From: a virus
Taxonomy: Duplodnaviria > Caudoviricetes
DNA: 63,352 bases
Virus record (IMG/VR): IMGVR_UViG_3300025326_000032
Coordinates: 1 to 63,352 of that record
Strand: one strand, 5' to 3'
Part shown: one piece after another, positions 1-9,187 of the stretch
How positions within the stretch are numbered: the first letter of the stretch is position 1
Layout: each line of letters opens with the position of its first letter
Notes under the pieces: model-generated
The model's input: the letters and a program-made list of their open reading frames with translations, nothing else
What the model was told of the DNA's origin: nothing
Databases searched by the model: none
Made by a program: the position numbers and the translations under genes

Positions 1-181
1 GAGCGGGACAGGTATCGCGGGCTGCTGAACTTCCCCGACGCCGTGTTAGAAATCTTCCGTACCACGCCTGACTACGCCTACATCGCTTGGAACGCCGCCA
101 GCCAGCACACTCTAGATACAATGTGTAAAGCTCACGCTGAAGCAAAGATGGAGGCGCGAAACGCAAGACAGGAGCGCGACC
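1..181. repeat. Terminal direct repeat, left copy (circular-assembly overlap)
   Basis: 1-181 equals 63172-63352 except T55 vs A63226. Confidence 0.95.
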
Positions 182-288
182 AGCAGCGCGAGGACATCCG
201 GCGGCTGGTGGCGGAGCTAAATAGGCTCGCCGTCAGTGAATCTCTAGAGGCCCTCCTCGCTGAGATGAAGGAGCGATATGATGCCTGA
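1..288 (+). CDS. 3' part of a coiled-coil hypothetical protein that starts at 63076 and spans the junction
   Basis: Frame from ATG 63076 continues through the repeat into ORF 43..288. Confidence 0.75.
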   Translation, partial: ERDRYRGLLNFPDAVLEIFRTTPDYAYIAWNAASQHTLDTMCKAHAEAKMEARNARQERDQQREDIRRLVAELNRLAVSESLEALLAEMKERYDA

Positions 289-607
289 GATAAAGGAAGG
301 CTGGGCGAGGTGGTTGACGGAGACGGAGCGGGAGACCCTGCGGAGTTGGGCTACAGGCACGAGAGTCTGGAAGCTTGCCCGCACCCTCGCCGCCTTGTGG
401 GCGCTGGTGGAGAAGAAGGACAAGGCGCTGGAGGCTGTGTTGGGCGCTTGGCTCGGCTCTGCCACTCCGCAAGAGTTCTGGGAAAAGTTTAGCGATGAGA
501 ACGAAGGAGACGATTTATGGGGCGATGTCGCTGTAGCCTGTGCCCTCACAGCCCTTACGGAAGAGGATATACTAGGGCGACTGGGGATATATATAAATGA
601 AGACTGA
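278..607 (+). CDS. Hypothetical protein
   Basis: SD AAGGAG upstream; overlaps both neighbours; GC-rich. Confidence 0.7.
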   Translation: MMPEIKEGWARWLTETERETLRSWATGTRVWKLARTLAALWALVEKKDKALEAVLGAWLGSATPQEFWEKFSDENEGDDLWGDVAVACALTALTEEDILGRLGIYINED

Positions 608-1034
608 AACAGGTAACATATGGGATACTAAATACAGTACTATAGTAATACCTTCTAATATAGGTTGGACTAAGGCAGGCTATAATGTTATGGGTAGGGG
701 CGTAGCAAAACAAGCATCTGAGTTATATCCCAGTTTGGCTAAATGGTATGGGGATCAGTGTTTTCTATATCAACAGGATATGCCTTGTTTAAGATATGAC
801 AGATTAATTCTATTCCCTGTTAAAACACTGAATAGGCTTCATCCACATTTGTCTTGGCAAAGAAGTGCTAGTCTAACTCTTATTGAAAGAAGTACTAAGG
901 ATTTAGCAAGATTTCCTGATCAAGAAATAGCACTTCCTTTAGTTGGATGTGGTAACGGTAGATTGGCTGAATCTGATGTACTTCCTATATTAAATATGTA
1001 TTTAAATGATAGGTTTACATTAGTAATACAATGA
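597..1034 (+). CDS. Macro-domain (ADP-ribose binding/hydrolase-like) protein
   Basis: Macro-domain motifs IVIPSN..G..VMGRGVA, LILFPVK, LPLVGCGNGRL. Confidence 0.75.
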   Translation: MKTETGNIWDTKYSTIVIPSNIGWTKAGYNVMGRGVAKQASELYPSLAKWYGDQCFLYQQDMPCLRYDRLILFPVKTLNRLHPHLSWQRSASLTLIERSTKDLARFPDQEIALPLVGCGNGRLAESDVLPILNMYLNDRFTLVIQ

Positions 1035-1765
1035 TTACTAAACAGCCTCACTTTATATCAATGGATTCTAGAATAAAGCTATATCATGGTAACAGCCATG
1101 AGTTAATATCAGAGTTAGAAGATGCTAGTATTAAGGCTATTTTAACAGATCCTCCATATGGTATTAATTGGAAATCTAATTGGGTTCCTAAACATGAACA
1201 AAAAGAGATACTGGCTGGTGATAAAGACTTAAGCTGGATGGGTGATTTTCTTATAGAATGTGAAAGATTACTAGAACCAAATGGAAGTCTTTACATCTTC
1301 TCTAGATGGGATAAAATAGGCTTTATTCAGGGTTTAGTTAGAAATCTTACTGAGCTGAATGTTAGAAATTGTATTGTGTGGGATAGGATTATACATGGCT
1401 TAGGTGATATAAGCAGCTTTGCCCCTGTATATGATCTAATACTATATGTTACTAAGGGTAAGCCGAAATTATTAAGTGATTATAGATATACTAATTTGTG
1501 GAGTGTGAACAGGGAGCGAGACAGAGAATCAAAGCATTCTACTAGTAAACCTGTAGCTCTGTTTGAGAAAATGATGATCTGCTCCACTAATCCTGGCGAT
1601 TTAGTTTTAGACCCATTTGTGGGTTCTGGTGCTAGTCTTGTAGCTGGTAATAAACTTAATAGAAAGATGATAGGCATAGAGATAGATGAAGCCTATTGTG
1701 ACATAGCTGCATCTAGGCTACAGCAACTACCTATGTTTATGGAGCAGGGTGAGATGACGATATGA
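1031..1765 (+). CDS. N6-adenine/N4-cytosine DNA methyltransferase (beta class)
   Basis: Catalytic DPPY near N-terminus; H..SKP; SAM motif VLDPFVGSG near C-terminus. Confidence 0.92.
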   Translation: MITKQPHFISMDSRIKLYHGNSHELISELEDASIKAILTDPPYGINWKSNWVPKHEQKEILAGDKDLSWMGDFLIECERLLEPNGSLYIFSRWDKIGFIQGLVRNLTELNVRNCIVWDRIIHGLGDISSFAPVYDLILYVTKGKPKLLSDYRYTNLWSVNRERDRESKHSTSKPVALFEKMMICSTNPGDLVLDPFVGSGASLVAGNKLNRKMIGIEIDEAYCDIAASRLQQLPMFMEQGEMTI

Positions 1766-2505
1766 GAAATTTAAATAGTGCTCTTTACTGGTTTCCTAAA
1801 ATAGAACAGGTTGGCTTGAAGGTGCCTAAGACTGTTTTTGTTACATATAATCATAACGAGTGGTTAGATGCTGTAGAAAGTGAGAACGACTCTTACAAAT
1901 CTGTTATAGAAAAAACTATGTTAGAGATAGAAGCATCAGCACAAGAAATTGGCTACCCTGTATTTTTTCGTACCGATCAGACTAGTGCCAAGCATTCAGG
2001 TGCAGAAGCTTACTTGATAAAGAATAAAAACGATATACTTCGTGTCGTTTGGGCTACTGTAGAAGATAATGAGTTAAAGCTTTGGATGAGTCCAGACCAG
2101 CCACAAGCTTTTATGATACGAGAGTTTATTAATCTGGATGCTCCTTTTATCGCATTCGGTGGTCATCCTATAGCTAGAGAATGGCGATACTTCACTTATA
2201 ATAATGAAGTTCTATGTAAGCATTTCTATTGGCCTGAATCTGCTATCAAGTTCTATACTGAAGAGTATCATAGCGGAAGAGAACCTGATAATTGGAAACA
2301 GCTTTTAACTGATCTTAACACACCAATCCCTAATCTTGATCAGGAAGCTATTAGTACTGCACTTAGTTGTGATGATCATAACTTCTGGAGTATTGACTTC
2401 GCTCAAGACAAATCTGGTCAGTGGTGGCTTATTGATATGGCTCTAGGTGAAAAAAGTTGGCATCCAGAGTGTCAAATACTAGAAGATCTTAAGCGCCGCC
2501 TTTAA
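1762..2505 (+). CDS. ATP-grasp fold protein
   Basis: PVFFRTD..SAKH, REWRYF and WSIDF...WWLIDM resemble ATP-grasp (R2K/DUF4343-like) motifs. Confidence 0.6.
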   Translation: MRNLNSALYWFPKIEQVGLKVPKTVFVTYNHNEWLDAVESENDSYKSVIEKTMLEIEASAQEIGYPVFFRTDQTSAKHSGAEAYLIKNKNDILRVVWATVEDNELKLWMSPDQPQAFMIREFINLDAPFIAFGGHPIAREWRYFTYNNEVLCKHFYWPESAIKFYTEEYHSGREPDNWKQLLTDLNTPIPNLDQEAISTALSCDDHNFWSIDFAQDKSGQWWLIDMALGEKSWHPECQILEDLKRRL

Positions 2506-2600
2506 ATATATATTAGGTGCAGTAGGCACACAAAACCTCAGATATTAATCTAATTCCTAACAGCAGATGAATTCTAGTAGTTCTTCGTGTATTCTAATAC

Positions 2601-2629
2601 TTGACAAACTCTCAGATGTGTGTTATGAT
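2601..2629 (+). promoter_or_regulatory. Sigma70/SigA-type promoter
   Basis: TTGACA-17 nt-TATGAT with extended TG. Confidence 0.75.
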
Positions 2630-2827
2630 ACTGATGGCCCTAAGAAAGTATAGTTAAATTCAGTAGAAAGGAGGTTTTATATAAAATGGAAGGAGTTGTG
2701 AATGCTACAATAGAGTATGTTAAAACTACTGAAGAATTAATAGTTCTTCAGAGAGAACGATGTGTGTTATGTTCTAAATAAGAACGTGATCTTCAAAGAC
2801 TTTCTAGATTAGAAAGGACAATATAAG

Positions 2828-3298
2828 ATGGCTACTAAAGATGAGATCAGTATTCTAAATGCTGAAGTTGTACGTGGTGTAAGACAGATAGCAAAAGGCA
2901 TAAAAGAGAGCCATAGGACAGCAGAGATAGTAATCCAAAGACTATATCTCATTCCTAAGTTATCAGAGGATGAGGCTCAGGAATTACGTACTGAGTTGAC
3001 TCTAAAGGAACAGGAACATAAAGTAATATCCAGTCAAGCTAGTAGTCTCTACAATGAAATTAGAAAGATTAAAGATAGATTAGCTAACAGAGTTTCATCT
3101 GAGGATTATACACGAGCAGCGTACATGGTACAATCTGTAAAAGAGTTTATATCTTCATGGCTATTAGAGCAAATACAATCAGGTAATAATGATATAGTGA
3201 CAGATACTTATGTTCATATAACAGAACAATTCATTGATGCATATATGAATGGCTGGCGTCCTGTGATTCGTGGTAAGCCTCAGAAGGAGACAAAGTAG
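2828..3298 (+). CDS. Hypothetical coiled-coil protein
   Basis: 156-aa ORF, SD GAAAGGA. Confidence 0.75.
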   Translation: MATKDEISILNAEVVRGVRQIAKGIKESHRTAEIVIQRLYLIPKLSEDEAQELRTELTLKEQEHKVISSQASSLYNEIRKIKDRLANRVSSEDYTRAAYMVQSVKEFISSWLLEQIQSGNNDIVTDTYVHITEQFIDAYMNGWRPVIRGKPQKETK

Positions 3299-3305
3299 GT
3301 AAATT

Positions 3306-4388
3306 ATGGATGATCAGTTCTGTCAATATTGTCAACAGGGGCCTTTCGAGTCAGTAATGATTCGTAAGATACATGAACAACAGTTCTGTCCTGATGCTCC
3401 AAAGACATCAGAACAAGTATCTGCACAAGCATGGGGAGAAGATCAGCCTAGCGTGTTTCAAGAGCAATTAGGACAATCTGGTTCCAGTATTAATGATGAG
3501 ATTAAAGAAGAGTGGTCTAAACAGACAGGACGAGTCACTAGACTCTTGTTTTATAATCCTGATCCTAACTTCTTAGTCTCATCTAGACTTCAGGCGAAAC
3601 TGGAGCGTATTAATGAAATGCGAAAGCGAGAACCACAGAAGATTTGGTTAGTAGGAGATGCAGGTACAGGAAAGACAAGCCTAGCCTTGCAGTTTGCAGC
3701 TAAGACTAAATCACCCTGTCTCAAGTGTCCTTGTCCTGCTATGACTGAAGTGAGTCAATGGATGGGACGTACTGAGTATCATCCTGAGCGTGGTACTCAT
3801 TATATTCCTAGTCTATTTATTGAAGCTGCAGAGACACCAGGAGCAGTTATCATTCTGAATGACATAACTCGTGTAGAGAATCCTAAAGTGCTGAATCCAC
3901 TTATGGATATAACTGATGAGACTGGCTCTACATGGTCAGATGAATTGGGACGGGAAGTTCGAGTTGCTGATGGTGTGGTCTTTATTGCAACTAGTAATGA
4001 AGGATGGGAGTATACGGGTGCAGATGATCCAGATGCAGCTCTTAAAGAACGGTTTGATGTCATTCATATGCCACTGCCTCCGAAGGCTCAACTGAAAGAA
4101 ATTGTTGCTCGTAAGGTTGGCAATTCACCTGAGATAGATTCTGCTGTAGAATTCTTCTTGCAGTGTTTGTCTAAGGGTATTCGTATGTCTCTTAGACATG
4201 TACTGCGTATGTGTAAGGATATTAAGTATGGTGCTTCTCTAGTAGATGCCGCTGTGCTTAGTGCAATAGGTGATATGGATAAAGACCATCAGCAAGAGGC
4301 ATTACAAATTCTTCAGGTTCAATCATCTAGTGTCTCAGGATTGGCTGAGCTAATTAATATGGATGAGTCATGGGGAGAATGGCAATAA
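3306..4388 (+). CDS. MoxR/CbbQ-like AAA+ ATPase with N-terminal Zn-finger-like motif
   Basis: Walker A GDAGTGKT, variant Walker B IILND, FIATSN, AALKERF; N-terminal C-x2-C...H...C. Confidence 0.85.
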   Translation: MDDQFCQYCQQGPFESVMIRKIHEQQFCPDAPKTSEQVSAQAWGEDQPSVFQEQLGQSGSSINDEIKEEWSKQTGRVTRLLFYNPDPNFLVSSRLQAKLERINEMRKREPQKIWLVGDAGTGKTSLALQFAAKTKSPCLKCPCPAMTEVSQWMGRTEYHPERGTHYIPSLFIEAAETPGAVIILNDITRVENPKVLNPLMDITDETGSTWSDELGREVRVADGVVFIATSNEGWEYTGADDPDAALKERFDVIHMPLPPKAQLKEIVARKVGNSPEIDSAVEFFLQCLSKGIRMSLRHVLRMCKDIKYGASLVDAAVLSAIGDMDKDHQQEALQILQVQSSSVSGLAELINMDESWGEWQ

Positions 4389-4389
4389 T

Positions 4390-4629
4390 ATGGAAGCTCA
4401 GAATAGTGGTATTGATTTTGTGGTAGATGGACAAGCAAAATGGGAAGAGCTTCAAGCACTAATAGTTTCTCTATCTAGAGAAGATGAGACTCCTGAACAG
4501 GAATTCTTGCAAGAGTTTCTAGTAGGTATTCAGAAGGTGCATAAGTTATCAGGTGAGTTACGTGATTTGATTCTTAGTAAGATTATGCAAGATGGTGAAC
4601 AGATAGATGATGACAGGGAATTAGTATGA
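4390..4629 (+). CDS. Hypothetical protein
   Basis: Tightly packed in operon. Confidence 0.65.
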   Translation: MEAQNSGIDFVVDGQAKWEELQALIVSLSREDETPEQEFLQEFLVGIQKVHKLSGELRDLILSKIMQDGEQIDDDRELV

Positions 4630-4835
4630 CTAGCCCAAATATAGAATATGCTTGTTCACTATGCAAGCATAAAGCTGAGGATGATGAACAGATGTTTATT
4701 GTTACCAGTGAACATGTAAAGTATACTGTAGGAACAGATATTAAAGATGCAGTTAAATTAATGATCACAGTTCTTATCTATTGCAGGATTTGTTATCGAT
4801 CATCATCTTATGGGTATTCATATGAGTCTAAGTGA
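4626..4835 (+). CDS. Small Cys-rich hypothetical protein
   Basis: Two CxxC pairs; ATGA overlap. Confidence 0.6.
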   Translation: MTSPNIEYACSLCKHKAEDDEQMFIVTSEHVKYTVGTDIKDAVKLMITVLIYCRICYRSSSYGYSYESK

Positions 4836-6834
4836 ATTCTGGAGAGTTAAGAAATCTTATGACCGTAATGTAGAAATGCGTTATCTTCTTGATGGCTTAC
4901 ATAGTTTCATAACTATGATGGCTGACCAAGGAGATATTAAGGTTATGTGGTCTAGGGATTCAGTTCATATGTCTGGAGCCACTCCAGAGATTAAACTGAG
5001 TTACTTGCCTATTAATAATGCAGAGGCTCCATTTGAAGGTGATAGAGTAGATGCTATAGTAGGATTTGCTGCACATGAGGCTGGTCATAGACTCAGATCT
5101 AAAGATAATATACCTATTAATAATCATACTAATCCTTTTAATACTGGTAATCCTCTGAATCCTCTGAGTATATATCCTGTTCAGCCTATGCCTGATAGTG
5201 TATTTAAGCTTATTTCTAATTTGTTAGAGGATGTCTATATAGATAAGTATATGTATAGATACTCTCCTGTTCTAGTTAAGTATATTAAGTCAGGTAGACA
5301 ATGGGATTTAACTAGACCAGAGTATCAGCAACGTTGGGATGAGTTATGCGATAAGGCTAAGACAGGTCAGCTTGATAAAGTTGATATGCTTAATCTCTGG
5401 ATTCAGTATGAGTTATACGATAAGAATACAGCAGAGATACTAAAAGACTTTCCTCAAGAAGCGTTAGAGAATCTATTAAAGCTTGCAGAGATTACACAGG
5501 ATTATTGTGAACGGGCTGGTCTTGTTGATATAGATAAGCTGTTTACTACTATTTGGGATGAATTAAGCAATTATCCTGATCCAGATCTGGAGGATAAGAG
5601 TCAGCAAGATGAGCGAGAGTCAGAGTTTAGTGATAGTACTCTAAGTGGTACACCAGCTAGTTTCGGTAAGTCTGATTCATGTGAGGATGACACTGATGAT
5701 GAAGATGCTTTATCTGACTCAGATAACGAAAACGAGTCTAGCGAGTCTAGTGATAAGCAAGAATCTGAATTGGGTGCATCAGATGATAAAGGTAAAGAGG
5801 ATAGTGAGCAAGATGAGCTTGGTTTAGATAATGGAGACGAGGAGGAAAAAGAAAAGAATAGTGATAGCAGCGATAGTAAAAATAAGGAGACTGATCCATA
5901 TGAGGACTTACTAACATGTGTGCAGTCTAGTGAGCATGAAATACCGGAGAGTGTCTTAGAAGAATTTAGACAGGCAGTATCTCTTGATCGTGAAGATATA
6001 ACTCAAGACTTAAGGGATGAGCTAACTCAACAGTACCAACTACCTCAGCAAACCCACTCTGGTATTATCATGGAGAAGGCTGCTGAGACTGTAGTATTTC
6101 CTAAACCTGACGAAATGTCTAAACTAGTAAATCAATTATTTGAGTTTAGGCGTAGGCGTCATTCCAGATGGTCTAGAGGTACAGAGGACGGTAGACTATC
6201 TCAGTCTAGGCTACATAGAGCAGCTTACGATACCAATCATATACACGAACGTAAGGAGATTAAGGATAGTCTGAATCTAGGTGTATGCTTACTTGTAGAT
6301 GCTTCTAGTTCTGTGACTAAAAGTTGGCCCATCATAGAGAGAATAGTCGAAGCTCTGGCTTTAGGACTAGAACATAAGAAAGGTATTAAGATATGTGCTA
6401 TTGCTTATCAGTCTGTTTATGATAGGAGTAGTGGAGTTGGCAATGTACAGCTAACTCGTTTATATGAATCTGGTAATACTACTATTGGCAAGCATAAGTC
6501 TGATGGTAATACACCAACTGTTTCTGCATTACTAGCTACTCCTATGATTATGAATCGTTTGTTAGGGCATCCTAAAGATAAATTGATTATTCATGTGACT
6601 GACGGTGCTGCTGGTGATGAAGAAAGTATGAAATGTACTGTTAAAGAGGCTGTAGATATTATTCGTAAGAAGTATGGATTAGATATATACTGTTTTGGTA
6701 TAGGTGGTAGCTCGTACTTTGGTAATAGCGAAAAGTTCAAAATAGATTATAATACTAGTTATACTAATCTAGATACGTATGAGCAACTACCAGAAGCTTT
6801 AAAGAATCTACTCAGAGATATATTGGTAAGATGA
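4810..6834 (+). CDS. vWA-domain protein with N-terminal HExxH domain (CobT-like partner of the AAA+)
   Basis: HEAGH plus NLLED, long acidic linker, MIDAS DASSS..GNTPT..VTDG; start may be 4822. Confidence 0.85.
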   Translation: MGIHMSLSEFWRVKKSYDRNVEMRYLLDGLHSFITMMADQGDIKVMWSRDSVHMSGATPEIKLSYLPINNAEAPFEGDRVDAIVGFAAHEAGHRLRSKDNIPINNHTNPFNTGNPLNPLSIYPVQPMPDSVFKLISNLLEDVYIDKYMYRYSPVLVKYIKSGRQWDLTRPEYQQRWDELCDKAKTGQLDKVDMLNLWIQYELYDKNTAEILKDFPQEALENLLKLAEITQDYCERAGLVDIDKLFTTIWDELSNYPDPDLEDKSQQDERESEFSDSTLSGTPASFGKSDSCEDDTDDEDALSDSDNENESSESSDKQESELGASDDKGKEDSEQDELGLDNGDEEEKEKNSDSSDSKNKETDPYEDLLTCVQSSEHEIPESVLEEFRQAVSLDREDITQDLRDELTQQYQLPQQTHSGIIMEKAAETVVFPKPDEMSKLVNQLFEFRRRRHSRWSRGTEDGRLSQSRLHRAAYDTNHIHERKEIKDSLNLGVCLLVDASSSVTKSWPIIERIVEALALGLEHKKGIKICAIAYQSVYDRSSGVGNVQLTRLYESGNTTIGKHKSDGNTPTVSALLATPMIMNRLLGHPKDKLIIHVTDGAAGDEESMKCTVKEAVDIIRKKYGLDIYCFGIGGSSYFGNSEKFKIDYNTSYTNLDTYEQLPEALKNLLRDILVR

Positions 6835-7230
6835 ATGAAGTATCTAGATATCAAGAATTACTATCAATGTGAATTCTCAGGGATGCCACATAAATTTAAG
6901 AACTATCCAGTATATAGATTTAATGGGACTTCTTATAGTAATGTTGTTATCTGTCAGAAATGCTTTGCAGCCTTTGTGTTTCCAGGTATCGACATTACCA
7001 GAGCGCAAAACCTACTAGACGAAATACCAATGAGGCAATATGAGCTAAAACCATTATCTAAAGTACTACAGCATCAGGCTGCTATGAAAAAGATTGCGGA
7101 CATAACTAGAACTATATTATCTGGAAAGTGGGTGCAGGAAAGCATAGAGTTTGCAGAGGAGGCAGCAAGGATATCCAAGCAGGAGCGTAAAAAGCATAAG
7201 AAACAAAATATATGGAGGATGGCTAAATGA
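6835..7230 (+). CDS. Hypothetical protein
   Basis: Abuts vWA gene. Confidence 0.7.
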   Translation: MKYLDIKNYYQCEFSGMPHKFKNYPVYRFNGTSYSNVVICQKCFAAFVFPGIDITRAQNLLDEIPMRQYELKPLSKVLQHQAAMKKIADITRTILSGKWVQESIEFAEEAARISKQERKKHKKQNIWRMAK

Positions 7231-7505
7231 GTAATAAGATTCAGTCACCTGTAATGTCTAATTATGATAAGTCTAGGATAGGAGAAATCATAGCAGATAA
7301 GACAGGAGTAAAATATGATTGGTACGATGCTTGTCTAATTAGGCTAATAGCTAAAGCAGATGCTCCTAATTTAGCGATACTGGCGAGTGTTTATCCTGAG
7401 TATGTATCCAGTGTTAAAGCTTATCTGGAAGGGTATAGATATTGCGTTAAGTATCATAACTGGAGTCACATGAATAAGGAATGTGACTGTAATAATAAGA
7501 AGTAG
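7227..7505 (+). CDS. Hypothetical phage protein
   Basis: ATGA overlap; LIRLIAKAD..NL..L...YP motif. Confidence 0.7.
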   Translation: MSNKIQSPVMSNYDKSRIGEIIADKTGVKYDWYDACLIRLIAKADAPNLAILASVYPEYVSSVKAYLEGYRYCVKYHNWSHMNKECDCNNKK

Positions 7506-7520
7506 AAGGAGGATATTACT

Positions 7521-7727
7521 ATGGAGAACTTAAAGCTATATATAGAGTACGATGAGACACGAAGAAGTAGACCAGCTCTGATTAGAGAGCTAGATGATCT
7601 TCTAATAAATTATGCCGTACAGAGAGGATTAAGATATGTTAGACTTGGGATAGAAGATAAAATCAATTATGAATTTGGCTGGCGTATGGAGCCACAGAAG
7701 ATATCACGTAAAAAGGTCAAAGTATAA
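7521..7727 (+). CDS. Hypothetical protein
   Basis: Strong SD AGGAGG. Confidence 0.7.
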   Translation: MENLKLYIEYDETRRSRPALIRELDDLLINYAVQRGLRYVRLGIEDKINYEFGWRMEPQKISRKKVKV

Positions 7728-7979
7728 ATGTCTGAGTATGCCGCTTGTTCATTTCAAGATATACCAGATAAAAGTTTAGAAACGATGAGGATACTATTAG
7801 GTAACTTATATTCCCATATGAGAACAGGTCATTTAAAGGCCAGAGTGTCTCTTAACGAAGCTGATGCTATGAAGCTGACTCTTGATATAATTGCCAATGA
7901 GCAAGCCGCGCGCGCCTTTGATCATGAGTGTTATCAGCCATCCGGCGAGAATGGCGAGGATAGGGCAAAGATGTGTTAG
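7728..7979 (+). CDS. Hypothetical protein
   Basis: Abuts previous stop. Confidence 0.65.
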   Translation: MSEYAACSFQDIPDKSLETMRILLGNLYSHMRTGHLKARVSLNEADAMKLTLDIIANEQAARAFDHECYQPSGENGEDRAKMC

Positions 7980-8177
7980 CATGCGTTTCTACCCACCTTA
8001 TTGCTTAAAACCATAGGGAACCTAAGGTTAGTATAAATCTAGGCAAATCGTTTGTATCTAAGACTCATGCTAACACTCGTGAGCACGATTTGTATCTACA
8101 TTATGTAAAGATATGATATATAGTAGATATAGTAGTGTGTAGTAAAGATGTAAAGGAGTACAAAGGAGTACAGAAGA

Positions 8178-8465
8178 ATGGATAGAGGTATAAAAAGAGA
8201 ACTGGCTGAGCGATATGAAAAAGCTATGCATTCAATGCAAGCTGGTGTAGCTCTTCTGATGGGATATGATCCTTCTGAGACAAGTCCCAAGCATTTAAGA
8301 GTTGGAATAAATAGTGCTATGTTGGAGTCTAATGCTATGGGAGAGCTTCTTATTAAGAAAGGACTTATTACTGAAGAGGAATACATGATTGCAATAACTA
8401 AAGCTGCTGAAAAAGAGGCTAATAGGTATAAGGAATATCTTACTGATATTACTGGGCTAGCATAA
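8178..8465 (+). CDS. Hypothetical phage protein
   Basis: SD AAGGAG; HSMQAGV..ETSPKHLRVGINSA motif. Confidence 0.75.
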   Translation: MDRGIKRELAERYEKAMHSMQAGVALLMGYDPSETSPKHLRVGINSAMLESNAMGELLIKKGLITEEEYMIAITKAAEKEANRYKEYLTDITGLA

Positions 8466-8487
8466 CCCTTATATAAAGGAGTACTAA

Positions 8488-8712
8488 ATGCCTGAACTAG
8501 AAAGAGCTGCTAGTAAGATTAAACCTTGTGATTGTAGGACAGAATATATAGGTGCAGGAGATAGTGAGATAACATATTGTATTGTTCATGAGAAAGCTGA
8601 GGATATGTATCAGTTACTACTAAAACTGAGTGCAGATGCTGGTAAGAATTCTAACAGTATTCTATATGCAGCAATTAAGATTATAGAAGAGATAGATAAA
8701 GAGTATGAGTAG
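8488..8712 (+). CDS. Hypothetical protein
   Basis: SD AAGGAG. Confidence 0.7.
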   Translation: MPELERAASKIKPCDCRTEYIGAGDSEITYCIVHEKAEDMYQLLLKLSADAGKNSNSILYAAIKIIEEIDKEYE

Positions 8713-8968
8713 TTTAGAAGTAATAGCTGATATACTCAAAGCTAAAGAATATGTAGATAAGGCTATACATGCAGGAACAGTTATCTTTGAACGGGATGAT
8801 TTAGAACATATGCTAGATGCTATAGAAGCTATGGAGTATACAGCCATAGACTTACAGTTTGAAGCATGGCGTCTTAAGATGACTCTATGGAGTGATATGG
8901 GTAAGATTGATCCAGCCTGGAAGCCTAGTCCTAGTTTCATGGGTACAAGGAGTATACCTGATGTTTAA
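8705..8968 (+). CDS. Hypothetical protein
   Basis: Overlapping operon ORF. Confidence 0.65.
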   Translation: MSSLEVIADILKAKEYVDKAIHAGTVIFERDDLEHMLDAIEAMEYTAIDLQFEAWRLKMTLWSDMGKIDPAWKPSPSFMGTRSIPDV

Positions 8969-9161
8969 TAATGATTTAGATAAAGCATATGGGTATAATG
9001 TCTATGTTTATAGTAAGATATCTAATCTAGAAGAACTTATAGCTTTTGATATAGAAGCATTGGAGGCTGTATTAGACGATAAGGAGTTCGGGTATAATAT
9101 GGATTCTTATTATGATGAGTCTAACAGATTTGAGTTCTACTATTCTCAGAATATTAACTAA
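8961..9161 (+). CDS. Acidic hypothetical protein
   Basis: SD AAGGAG before ATG 8961. Confidence 0.6.
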   Translation: MFNNDLDKAYGYNVYVYSKISNLEELIAFDIEALEAVLDDKEFGYNMDSYYDESNRFEFYYSQNIN

Positions 9162-9187
9162 TATAAGTTATATAAGTAATACTAGTA

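Noticed and set aside
1-181. Biological terminal repeat
   Set aside because: The repeat starts mid-gene with no regulatory context; an assembly overlap is more likely.
2686-2826. Short ORF with strong SD and possible readthrough of TAA 2779
   Set aside because: Only 31 codons plus 14 after the stop; peptide, pseudogene and chance cannot be distinguished.
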